NCBI GenBank assembly: GCA_013265495.1
Contig: MU058000.1
Coordinates: forward strand, 1,736,001-1,800,000
Reading direction: 5' to 3'
DNA: 64,000 nt
Source of the DNA: Vicugna vicugna
Lineage: Eukaryota
The position numbers and the translations under genes are program-made. The notes beneath the pieces are model-generated. The model saw nothing but the letters and a program-made list of their open reading frames with translations, searched no databases and was not told where the DNA came from. Position 1 is the first letter of the stretch. Each line of letters opens with the position of its first letter. This document shows positions 26,375-38,912 of this stretch, piece by piece.

Positions 26375-26706
26375 TGTTAAGTTAATTAAACAAAGAGGCC
26401 ATTAGCTTGAGGTGGTTCTAATGGCTTGGCACCAACATAAGCAAGCTGAAGCCTAACCCTGTAAATGCCTCAAGTTTTAAGAACTTGAAACCTAAGGACA
26501 GCCAATCACAGCCAATTAAGCTTTCCCAAATAAGGCAACTGCTTAAGCCAATCAAAAAATTTCCCTGCTTTGCTTCTTCATCTTGATAGAAGTCTTTCCC
26601 TGTTGGTAGAATGTTCTAACCTCTTCCAGTTTGACGCTGCCCAATTGGAATAGGTTTTTTCTCAAGCTCTTAGCATTTTTAACATGCCTAGGTTTATCTT
26701 TTAACA
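26375..26706 (+). mobile_element. ERV1 solo LTR (MER93/MER57-like)
   Basis: tgttaa...gaggccattagcttgaggtggttc...atgcctaggtttatcttttaaca. Terminal inverted repeats TGTTAA/TTAACA and a 4-bp TSD cact/tact. Confidence 0.8.
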
Positions 26707-26954
26707 TACTGAATTAGAAGAACAATTTTTTTGTCAAGTACTATCATTTACTCTCACCATCCTAAGATTTCATAATTCATATGATTTCATTTTGACAGGA
26801 AATCCTCATAATCTGTGAATCAAAGGGTAAAACATCAAGCAAAATTTTTACGTTTTGGGGTTTCTTCTCTTTAGCCTATCTTAGATTTTAAGTAAATAGT
26901 ACAATGTGAATTCTAGGAGATTATTATAATTTAAGATCTTTCTAGAAATAGTGC

Positions 26955-27150
26955 TATCCAGTGTGCTAAGCTCTTTCTATGTCCTGATATATCCCACAAT
27001 CCTGTGAGGTAGATGGTATCAGAATATATTTTACAGTTGATAAAGCTGTTGTTGTAGAAGTTAAGTCATAGACTCAGAGCAGTCGCTACAGAAAACTACA
27101 GATCTGGGATTTGAATTGCAGCCTCTCTAATGCCAAATGCCATGATACTT
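26955..27150 (-). mobile_element. MIR
   Basis: cacaatcctgtgaggtagatgg...ttttacagttgataaagctg...ctgggatttgaa. Confidence 0.65.
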
Positions 27151-28065
27151 CCTTACCTCTGTTAAATGTTAACCAAATGTTTTGCCAATTTATAAAAGAA
27201 AATGCTTCAAGTTTCTATTTCAACTTATCATGAGATACTTTTATAGACCTAGAGTAATGGCTTTATAGGGACCGCAGATCATTTTAAGGTGTTAGATTTT
27301 TACATAGTACAACTCTTGATTTAAAAAAAAAAAATCCTGAAAAAATGTGATTTCTTCCCCCTAATGTCAAAGAACAAAATTATTGATGAGTCATGGTTCT
27401 CATGGGTTACGTCATGAACTATTTAACAGTACTATCACGTTTGTTAGCCACACGTTCCCTCACTACTGGCCCCACAGTAGTATGCATTTAGGTTCTAGGT
27501 GGGATGAACGTGGCTGGTGCCAAATGAGACAGTATTTGTTACTTCTGTACTCCAATTCTGCTATGGTAGACTACCACCTCATCCCAATTCAGAAAGTAGT
27601 ATGGGGTTGCGGCTCATGACCTGACGCATTGTTACTATTCTTCAAGAAGGACCATCTTCTCCCTGGCTTCTTTTCTCCAAGGTTGTTCTATTAAAAGCAG
27701 AGGCTTAGTGTTCATTGGCTTATTTCCCATGACTCTAAGAGATCCAGAAATCTGTATGTTTAACTGTTTCCTTACTTAAAGCATTACTATTTAAGAATTA
27801 AACATTCATGGCTGACTTCCGTGATAGAGCTGAATCCCAATCGAACATACACCTCAACAACAACAACAAAAAAATAGAAATTAAAACAGTAAATAATGGA
27901 AAGAGGTATTCTCATAGCCATGCATTTTCTCAATTAAGCTCATTCAAAACAATGGCGTGTGTGTTGGCTTGGCCTCCTAGGAATTCAGTGTACATGACTG
28001 ACTCACCTCTCTGTGGGTCTGAGCCACAGAGTGCCAAGAGCCATGAAAAAAAAATCTCCATTAGG

Positions 28066-28476
28066 TGTATTGGAATGCTAATGGTATATAACAATACAAA
28101 TCAATTTCTCATTCATCTGCAGGATTCAACATGATGTTGTCTTATCTCAGCTACGTACGGCTGGGCAGCTTTTCTTCCCATAGCCCTTATCCTCCCTCTA
28201 GTCTAGCAGACTAGTCCAGGCGTGTCCATCTCTTGACCATGGCAGAACACAAGAGTGAGTCCAATGGCACAAGTACTTTCTACAAAAGTACTTTTTCGAG
28301 TAACATTATGCCTGCTAGCATTATATTGGCCAAAATAAGTCACATAATTGAGCTTATACACAGGGGCAAGGAAAAACACTCTACCACTTTAGTTGGAGAT
28401 GATGCAAAGTCACATGGCAAAAGTCAGCTTTATAGGGAGGAGTAAAGAATAGAGACCTTTAATGTAATCTGTATAG
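28066..28476 (-). mobile_element. MaLR LTR (MLT1H/I-like)
   Basis: ctgctagcattatattggccaaaataagtcacat...gcaaagtcacatggcaaaag...ggaggagtaaagaat. Confidence 0.7.
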
Positions 28477-30737
28477 CAAGATACCAAACACATAAGCAGT
28501 CATAATGAACATAAAGAGTAAACAGTAATGTTAAAATATCTCCCCCAAGTAATTTTTAAATCACTCTATAATTACAAGGATTAGTTACCATCATATGCAG
28601 TTATTGTCAATGTAACTGTGTTGAGGTTGCAAATTACTCAGGCAGGCACATACAGAAAATGTAGGTACTGTACATTAACTTTCCCGTCTGATTTTCTTAT
28701 TTTCTCTGCTTTTTACCTTCTTCAGCCCTCCCTTAAAAATGTGATTTTGCCATGTTTACTTCTGTAAAGCACTGCAAATCTCTCAAGAACCAGATGATAG
28801 AAATAAATTATCAATATGAAATTTTAGAACAAATGTCAAAGTAGAAAATAAAATTAGCATATTATCTGGTTATTCCACATTTTATGAATAATATTACTGA
28901 GATACAAAGAAGTAATATGTCTTATAAAGATTTAGATGAGAGAATTTGGAAGAAAAATCTCTTAGCGATCTAATATCACTTCATATTTCAGTTTTATTAG
29001 CCAAGTTGAAGATAAAGAATTAAGTTTGCATCACCATTTTTTCTTATACTACATCGTACATGACTATTCACCTTTATTTAAATGTCTACATAACTCATGA
29101 ACTGAAAAATGTTGATTAGATTTTATTGCATTTTATCAACAGAATTACATATTTTTTCTGTAAAAAAAAATTCTAGCTTTAAGCTTCTAAAGACAAGAGG
29201 CTGATTTTCTCTGTTTAACTACATTTCTGGAATTATGGATAAGAATTTAGTCGAAATCCTTTGCCTATGTGATAGAAATACTTTTGCCCATATGCACTCC
29301 CAAAAACTACAACCAAGATAACCCAAAGTGAACTAATTCTAAGAACACAGATGTCTCCTTGGGACTATGACTGCCTCCCAAGGTCACTGAAATTGTGATA
29401 TTACAAAAACCTAGATCTATGAACCAAAATACGTAGGGATTTCACCTGGCCAGGGGCACGGGGATTCTGAAAAAAACATGACATTCATAGGTAGCTCCAC
29501 TTATTTGCCTCTTAGACAAACAAAAACAGTGGCTATTGACATAACAGTAAGAAGAATGATTTTAGGATTTTCCCTCATGACTCAAGACAAGCATTTACAT
29601 TATTTAGACACTCAATGTCTTCCCTGACTTATGATCGCCTTACAGTCTATGGAATATATTTAGTGTCCCCATGGAAGCAATTACATATGAAACATCAACA
29701 TATATTTATTTGGTAGACAGTGTTTTCATAGGTCCCTGCAATGTATTTTAACAGTGGTGGAGACTAAAATTTTGATGTAATATGTTTTTATCTATCTTTT
29801 AGATCAAAGAAAATCCAGTACTTGTAAATTATAGAAAGCAACTGAAAGTTTCATAAAGTTGTTGAAAGTGATAAAGTCATAGAAATGAATTAAAAGTATT
29901 CAGATGTAGAAGTAGTAAGTAGACCTGGTTTTTGCTTTTCATCTTAGTTTTTCCTATGTGGTAAAATACACATAGGATAACATTTACCATCCTAACCATT
30001 TTTAAATGTACAATTCAGTGCTATTAAATACATTCACTTTGTTATGTAATCATCACCACCATTCACCCCCCCAACTCTTTTCATCTTGTAAAACTGAAAC
30101 TTAATACCCATTAAACAATAACTCCCCATTTCCACTCTCCCTCCCCTGCCAGCCTCTAGCAACCACCATCATATTTTCTGTCTTAAGATTTTGACTCCTC
30201 TACCCATATGATTAGTGGAATCATGCATTATTTGTCTTTTAATGACTGGCTTATTTTACTTAGCCCACTGTCCTAAATATACATTCATATTATAGCATAT
30301 TGAAGAATTTCATTCCTTTTTAAGGCTCAGTAATCCTCTGTTGTATTTATATACCATATTTTGTTTATTCATTCATTTGTTGATGGACACGGGTTGCTTC
30401 CATATTTTAGCTATTGTGAATAATGCTACTATGAATATAAGAGTACAAATATCTCCTGGAGATCCTATGTTCAGTTCTTTTGGGCATACACCAGAAGTGG
30501 AATTCCTGAATCAGACGGTGATTCTATATAAATAATTTTAAGGGACTTCCATACTGTTTTCCACAACAGCTGTATTATTTTACCATCCCATCCACCAATA
30601 GTACATAAGTTCTAATTTCTCCATATCTCCCAGGACATTTAGTATTTTCCCTTTTTTTCATATAAGTATCCTAATAAGTGTGAGGTGGTGTCTTATTGCA
30701 GGTTTGACTTGCATTTCCCTACTGAATCCAGTTGTTT

Positions 30738-30772
30738 GTTGTTGTTGTTGTTGTTTTGTTGTTGTTGTTGTA
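30738..30772. repeat. (TTG)n microsatellite within L1
   Basis: Directly visible. Confidence 0.85.
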
Positions 30773-31551
30773 TTTTAGGAGTGCTCTATATATTCTGAAT
30801 ACTAATCTCTTATCACGGGATTTGTAAACATTTTCTCTGATTTTGTAAATTGCCTTCTTACTCTGTGCATAGTGTCTTGTGGTGCAATTTTTTTTTAATT
30901 TTTATGAAGGCAATTGGTCTATTTTTTCTTTTGTTATCTTGCCTTTGTTATCATATCCAAGAAATCATTACCAAATCCAATGTCATAAAGCTAATCTCTT
31001 ACGCTTTCTTCTAAGAGTTTTATTGTTTTAGGTCTCACAAGGATTCTTGATCCTTTTAAATTTTTGTATATGGTGTTAGATAAGTGCCCAACCTCATTTT
31101 TCTATGTATGGATATCCCATTTTCCAGCATCATTTATTGAAAAGACTGTCCTTTCACCACACCGTAGTTTTGGCACTCTTATAAAAAAAATCACTTGACT
31201 GTATATGTGAGGTTTATTTCTGGACTCTCTAGTCTAGTCAATTGATATATATGTCTACCTTAATGTCAATACCACATCATTTTGATTACTATAGATTTGT
31301 AGTATGTTTTGCAATCAGAAATTGTGAGTACTCCAGTTTTGTTCTTCCTTTTCAATACTGTTTTGGCTATTCAAGGTCCATTGAGATTTCATATGGATTT
31401 TAGCATGGATTTTACTATTTCTGCAAAAAATAGCATTGGGATTTTGATAGAGATTACACTGTAGATAATTGTGTGTAGTGTTTACATTTGAACAATATTA
31501 AGTCTTCCAATCCATGAACATGGAAAGTGTTTTTGTTTATTTATGTTTTTT

Positions 31552-31812
31552 TTAAATTTCTTTCAGCAACATTTCGTAGTTTTCATTGTACAAGTCCTTC
31601 ATCTCCTTGATTAAGTTAATTTCCAGCATATTATTCTTCTTGATGCTATCAAGAAGAATTGTTTTTGTGATTTTTCCTTTCAGATGGTTTATTGTGTATA
31701 GAAACACAACTGATTTTTGTGTGTTGACTTTGTAACCTACTACTTTGCTGAGTTTATTAGTTCTAACAGTTTGTTTTATGTATGTGTGTGAAATTTTGAA
31801 GACTTTCTTCAT
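31552..31812 (-). pseudogene. L1 ORF2 reverse-transcriptase C-terminal fragment (degenerate)
   Basis: NKLSKVVGYKVNTQKSVVFLYT and INLIKEMKDLYNENYEMLLKEI match the L1 ORF2 pattern. Confidence 0.85.
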
Positions 31813-32969
31813 AAAAGATTATATTATTCACAAACATGAATGATTTTGTTCCTTCCCTTGAAAGTTGCAAGCCTTCAGTAGATTTCAGAGTTACAAAACA
31901 GTTACGTCAGACAGATTCTGCCAGAGCAACTGTTGTCTAATAGGGAGACAAATTCTAGTCCTTATTCTACCATGTTCCCAGAATCTTCCTAATAGACTTG
32001 GTTTTAATAATAAGTTCCCAAAACATTTTAAAATTTTAATATAGTCCTCCCAAATAGAAGTTGGCAGTTAAGTGATTGATAGGTAATTCATGGCTAAAAC
32101 AATATTTATTATCCAAATATCAGGCCATTAAGTTGAAATGCTTTAATTTTTATTTACTTGATGATGGAAGACTCTCTTAGATGTCCTTAGAATTGGGTAC
32201 ACCCAGATTAAAATAATACACCTAAAGATGAAATTATCCCCAAGTAATTAATCTCTGTATTGAAGATGTCCACATTCTCTTTTACAATTTAGGAATTTTT
32301 GATTATTAAAAAAAAAAAAGCAAGCACAGAGACAAATAGAGAGGCTACTTGGCTATTCATTGGCATGAAGGTCTTCTGTAAATGAGCTTCTCAAGGAAAA
32401 GTTGGATATTTGATTGATAGGAGCTTCAGGCTGTATTTTGCCTGGAATATTTGTCCATTCCCAGATTTTCTTACTACCATAATAAATTCTATAGTTATCC
32501 CATGTGCCAAAGGAAGAGGTGTTACTACTTATATAATGAATGTGCTATGATATACTCAAATTTGGACTAATAAGAAGCCAATAAAGAAATCACTGTTTGA
32601 AGGTACATTAAATATTTCATGTTTGAGATAAATATTATTGCATGAAATTAAGGTAGACCATAGTAACTCACATGGCAATAGGAACTAATTTGCTACTTTC
32701 TAATATTAAAAATGCTTTATTCATAAAAGTTTAAACACATTAATAGTAACCAAACAATCCAGAAAACATCTTGTATATAAAATTTTTGAGAAGTAGTTAT
32801 TTACAAAATATTTCCAACTGATGAACACCAGGACATTGTAGTAATTCAGCTACTAAACTTGCATAAATTAGATATAACCTTAAAGTTCTTTCAGCAGTAA
32901 ATATTCTTTATGAATAAAGACAGCTGAATAAAGAACTTAAGTGTTTATATCCTTTGTTACAATAATTCA

Positions 32970-33390
32970 ATAATTCAATTTCTAAGAATAAAATCCTCGA
33001 GGGATATTTAATTTTTTCAAGGATTTGTACACAGATAAATCAAAACTATTTACACCCATATAAGTGCTCATTTCTAGAGGAAACATTTAAGTAAATTGTG
33101 GCATATCCACACCATGAAATACTATGCAGCTATTAAAATGATGCTTATAATTTTTAAAGAGACAGATACAAATCTATGATATAATTATAAATGAGAGAGA
33201 AAGCTACTCAGTTTTATGTGCATTATGATATTATAAAATGATATATAATACATCGAGAGAAGGAAATTAAAATGTGCATGTTTGACAGTGATGGTATTAT
33301 CAACTATTACTATTTTCTTTCCACACTTTCCTAATTTTTTCAGTGATCTCATATAACACTATCATTAGTTTCTAAATATTAAATATTTTA
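32970..33390 (+). mobile_element. Old L1ME-like 3' fragment
   Basis: aagtaaattgtggcatatccacaccatgaaatactatgcagctattaaaa. Confidence 0.65.
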
Positions 33391-36039
33391 AAACCTTTAT
33401 CATCGGACATCTACTGAGTATAATGAACTGACTATGTGCTGAACACTTAAACTTAGCAAGATTGTCTGTACTCCTAACTTGGGATTTCTATTTTGTTCTA
33501 GGAAACGTGGTGACTCTGCATGATTAGTGGATACAAGGGATTATTTTATTTAATATTTACTCAACCTGCCTAGTCACAATTTTGGAACTCTTAATTTTTA
33601 GGAACTTAATTCATTCTGTACCTTAAAGAAAATTTTAAGAAGCATCTCCTTTGCAATTAAATAGGCCTCATAAGACCAACAATTAACTATAATTCCTTGG
33701 CTGTCCAAGGAAGCCCCAAATATTACTTATCAATTAGGTTTCTTAGTTCACTAGCTTACTGTGAAAGTTCCTTTAGGTAGCACTTGTTCAGAACTCACAA
33801 CGCACTAATATTTTAAAAGTGCTTTTTAAACAACAATTCATGTCTTCTGAGTTTATATTCCCCTAAGACTAGACAGCTGTAATGTTGATTTTCTTATTTT
33901 TAATTGACTCTGTCTACTTTTGGGGAAGTGGTTGCATTTTAGAGTTACTCCTTTTTCAGGTGTGTTAGCAATTATTAGGGAATAAATTGTATTGTTTCCA
34001 TGACAGATTTGAACTTCTGTCTGAACCAAAACACAATTAAAAGCCACAGTCAGTCCCAAAGATGATCTAGGCCCTTTCCCCTTCTCCTAGAACTGGGTTC
34101 TCACTGATTTCAAGTGAAGAAAAGAAGGTGAGTTTTCTGAAATCCTTAGGACAGTACCAGTCTGTCAGATTCAAGCAACTCAAAAACCGTTGTTACTAAA
34201 TATTTTTCTTTTTTTTTTTTAATGACTGAGACTAAAACAACAATGAAGGGTCTATAATGTTTTGCTGTGTAATTGGAGATGATGATGAGGTGGGATGGAT
34301 TTAATAAAACTAAAGCTGGGAAAGTCTGCGTCTTAAGTGAGTGGAGAGAAAGGGCAGGTTCCTATTAAGGAACCATTCTATGAGACCATCATTTCCATTG
34401 TTGTTATAGAATTTTCTGTGACTTATGTTCCTAATGTGACCCTAAGACTGCGTAGCTCTTGAGGCTCTCTCAGTCAGCACTCAGGGAGAAAGTTTCTGCT
34501 GAATGACATTCTTCAGAATATTCTGTAGAATCGGTGAGTGCTTGAAGAATCGCCTACAGGCGAGGGGAATTTTACTAGATAGAACTTACTTATCTGGAGT
34601 GAAAATAGTTCACCAGAGGCCAGCACCACCAATCGTAGAAAAAAGGATGGCAGAAGTCAGAATTTGGAAGAAGTGTAATTTATCTTGATCCTTCTTCAAG
34701 CTCCAGAGAGGGCAGTAATTAATTCAAGGATTGTGAACTAAATATTTAATCCTAAGTGTAAAGTTGACCAGAGTTAGTTTTTTCCCCTATGATTTTGGAC
34801 CTAATGTCATTTGTTGATGTTCAATAAATATTGATTATTAGTAATGATTCTATATCTTCACTGAAATATCATTCTACTCTACAATTTTTTCAGTCAGTGT
34901 CTAATGTGAAACTTTTCTGTGACAACTAATTTTAGTGTTTTCTATACTTTCTGTAAGTGAAACACAATGAATTGAGAGAAGCTAATGGCTTTCTTAGACA
35001 GTATCTTTAATATACAAGATCATATCATGGCCATTATTTTCCCTGTGTTAAAATATTTACTATTAGTCTCCACTTTTAGTTCATCATTCTCTATATAGTT
35101 TATGAAATCAATGAGAATAAAATATCATTAAAATCTATTTGCTGCAAAATATTCTCCTGCACTAAAGTCAGAGCATAAAAGAAAATCTGTTATTTATGTT
35201 TTATTAATAAAATTCAAGGAGGTCCTTTCTGTACATTTCAACTTTGTAACCAGCATTTAAATTCCGTTGTTCAACCATGATTTATTGCTGTGTGTGTATG
35301 ACAATAGACACTTTGAGTTTCAGACTAGACAAAATTGTACCTTCTTAAATCGTAAACCACCTGTCAACATATTTGGGTCTTCTCAGGCATCTCCCACATC
35401 CCAGATTACCAACTCAAGCATTTTGCATTTCCTGTACTTCATGGTATGATTGGAAAGCAAGGACATTGGCTGCAGTTATAATAAAATAATTTAGAACTAA
35501 TCAAATATTTAGAACTAAGTGTCTTGCAGATACTTCAAGGAGAATAAGAACTTGTACAACTGTATTACATAAAGAAAAAGCTCCAATAATTTAAGTTTTA
35601 GTACCTTCAAGAAATAATGCCATCCTAATTTTATCCTTAGCATATTAAGATAGGTTGTTAATGTACTGGGCACATCTAATAAGAAAGGATTTTACCTTTC
35701 TAGATCAATATTAGTAAATGGAGGTGCCACCATATCTTTAATAGCTTTGAAAGTGTAGGTTAATGTAACTTGCATTCACGCAAGGTTTTGAGGTCTGCAA
35801 GACTCTTAGAAAGCTTAATACTTCTTTATATTCATTTATATAATTAGATTGACTAGGGTTGAAAAGTAACCAGACCTAGTTTAGTACCAGATAGAATCAT
35901 GCAGTTTTGCAGCTACATACTGTAGTCCCTGCCTGAGAGAGCCATACTGCACATTAGCATTCAAAGGTTGTTGGTGGTCCTGCAATGTATACAAGTGTTT
36001 AACTTTCTTAGCCAGAAAGTTCCTATTGTATTAACTCTT

Positions 36040-36245
36040 CTAGCATTTTATCATAACTGTGTTCTTCACAAAACCATTTATAAAAGGTAATCTAAGCCAA
36101 CCTCTTTTTCACAGATGAAGAAAACAGAAGAAATGATTGGCTAAATATCTTGCCCAAGATTACAGCCTGTTAGTGGTAGAAGTCGATGTCAACTCAGATA
36201 TCCAGACATAGACACATAGGCTCATTCATTACATTGCTCAGCCTT
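36040..36245 (-). mobile_element. MIR
   Basis: ttttcacagatgaagaaaacaga...cttgcccaagattacagcctgttagtggtagaag. Confidence 0.7.
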
Positions 36246-38871
36246 CCCTCACCAGTCACTATTCTGTAAATGGAAATTATGTCACTTTTCCAAATACTTC
36301 AGCAATTATAAAATTATCTTCAGGTTGGGTTCATAGCTACAATCACTGAACGGATATCCACCCTTTACTGATATTTTTTGGTACATTAGCAGCTACATTA
36401 TGTTGAGTGAGATGGATTGTCCTCCATAACAAACAGCAATATAATGCTTTTCCACGTAAAGCGCACAGCTTGAAAATTCGTCTCAGTTCCCACATCTTAA
36501 AATTGCATAAACAACTTCACCCATATCACCAGATGTCATGTCCAGCCTCTGAGTCTATTTTAAACTTCTGTTGTACCCATTTGCCCTGGCCTCTGCAAAG
36601 AATCAAACAAAATAGTCTCAGAATGTCTTTCCTTACAAAATCAATTAGAGTAGTGACATCATTTTTTGTCGACTTCCTGCTTATCTTATAACTCAGGCAA
36701 TTGAGCCAAAGCTCCTTTGCTTAAATAAGCCAAATGAAATAGAATGAAGTCATCCTTATTTCTCCATATCGGGTTGGTGTTAATCATTCAGGATTGAAAC
36801 CACCCTCATTTCTGAGCAAGGGCTCATTTCAGGTGGAGCCATTCTTATATTCTCAAAATACTCATTTCGTGTAATCCCATCGGTCTTGTGCGAAATGCTT
36901 ACTGTTTATCAGTCACCGTGCTTATGGAGATCAGGTGTACAGGCCCAGCTTTCCAAAAATTCCTATTTTTAGGTGGGAAATAGATAAAGAATTAAACAAA
37001 CAACACAGGATGTCATAAGTGCTAAATAACAGAAGTGTGCATAGGGAGCCAGGAGCGAGAGAAATTCTAGAGGACCCAGTGTCAGGTTTGTGACAAAGAA
37101 TTGCATCACCGTTCTCATTCTTTTTTTTTTCTTCTTCTTTCAATTCTCCTTCTTTTTCTGTCTAAAAGAATTAGAGGAAAAGTTAATTAACAAATATGTA
37201 CTAGACAGTCAAGGGGGTGAGTGATTGTGTATGTATATGTGTGTGTATAAGAAAGCCAAAAAGTATTTGTTAGGAGCAAAAGACATACATTTTTATGTCA
37301 AAATAATATCTGAATTCCAGGAAAGGTCATTGGTAACCGCAGTCATTTATTAAACTGTGTATGAAAAGCAACCCCATATCTTAAGCTCCAGTCCTCGTTG
37401 GCGCCTCCACAGCTCCTCTTTGGCAATGTTAGCCTTTTTCTTTTCTTGCCTAGAGTACACTCATCAGAGACTGTACTTAACTTTCCCACAGACGACATGA
37501 AATAGAGAGGGAATCTAAGCAAAGGCTCTAATCCTCTCTCTTACAGATTCGATAGACATTAACCAGCCTTTCAAGTAATTGAGAACTTGTCTTCCACTGC
37601 ATTACCTTGCTGCTAAAATTCAGACAGGACTCCAGACAAACTGAAGCAAACTCTGACAAGTAAATGTATACCCTAGATCATTTTGTTCTGTTGAAGTCCC
37701 ATGAGCCAGAATGGCTTAACAGCTTTTAAGCCGTGAGATTCCTAATATCATAGAGAGAGAGCATTCTGTTCAGCAGCTAATTCTCAGGGAAAATGAACAA
37801 ATCTCAGCCTAAGCCATGTAAAAATTCAAAACAAACTGTAAACCTTATGGGAAAAGCCCTTATAATGAAATAGACCTAAGACAGGAATTTTTTTCCATTC
37901 TCCTTGGAGATACTGAATAACAGTAATTATAATAATATTAGCAAACTGGAAATTAGTGTAGTGATATGTGCTAAACATTAACAGCTTAACTGCTAACATT
38001 GAAACCACATACACTAACTATAACTTTGTTTACCAAGGATTGGTAGTAAACTTGTGTGTCTGTTCTGAAATCCTGTATTCTCCCTCCACACTCCAATTTG
38101 TGATTAAAGCATCTGGCCTTAAAATTAGCAAAAAACTAAAAACAGCCCAAGCCCACCATAATGACTTCCTTAAACCACCAACATGTGCTGCCTTTCACTG
38201 GAGGCTGCATGATCTGGCGTTCCTGTGTTTCCTCCTATAGAGGATGAGGCGTGCATGAGGATGAACAGCAAGGGGAAAATGAATTTCACTAACTCTGTTT
38301 CAACACAGGGAGGGGCAGTGCGTAGTATCTGACAGCAACAAGCTTTACCATGGAATTGCAGCTTTTTCATCCCACACTGCATCCTTTTCTATATTCCCAT
38401 GTCTCCATAAAAGTTTGGAAAATTTTAAATCATCGTATCTCTCTCGTCATATCCCTAATATTTTCTGCCCCATGTTAATGATATTTCACTTGGATAACTA
38501 GGAGTATGCAATGGGTATTAGAGCTTTTACAGTGGACATCCAGAATATTTGCATCCAAATTTCCTGTTGATGCCTAAAACTTGAAGCTAAAAGTAAAGTA
38601 AGGGTCAAGTTACTTTCAGTTTTAAAAACAAAACAATAGGAAAGCGAGTTAAGCAATTAAAAAAAAAAGTATTGTTACAAGACATTGGGATAAACAGGCA
38701 CCCATCTGAAATGTGTATCACATTGTTCAAGATATACAGATTTTTTTAAAATCCAGCAATTCTATATCTAAGAATTTATTCTAGGAAAATAATTCAATGA
38801 ACAAAGTTATATGACTAAGGTAATTAAAGTGGCGTTATTAGTATTATCTTTGCCATTAGTGTTAGAAAATA

Positions 38872-38912
38872 GCATTAGTATATAATCTGCATTAGTATAT
38901 AATCTGCATTAG
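38872..38912. repeat. 17-bp tandem duplication, 2.4 copies (gcattagtatataatct)
   Basis: Directly visible perfect copies. Confidence 0.9.

Larger units (their letters stand above)
29933..31992 (-). mobile_element. L1 (L1MA/MB-like): ~140-nt 5' terminus fused to ORF2 RT through to the 3' end, with TSD
   Basis: TSD tagacctggtttt (29920-29932) / tagacttggtttt (31993-32005). ORF 31552-31812 contains LSKVVGYKVNTQKSVVFLYT. The reverse complement of 31992-31855 reads aggaagattctgggaacatggtaga..., an L1 5' start. Confidence 0.88.

Noticed and set aside
38872..38912. CRISPR-like repeat
   Set aside because: Adjacent tandem copies with no spacers, in eukaryotic DNA.
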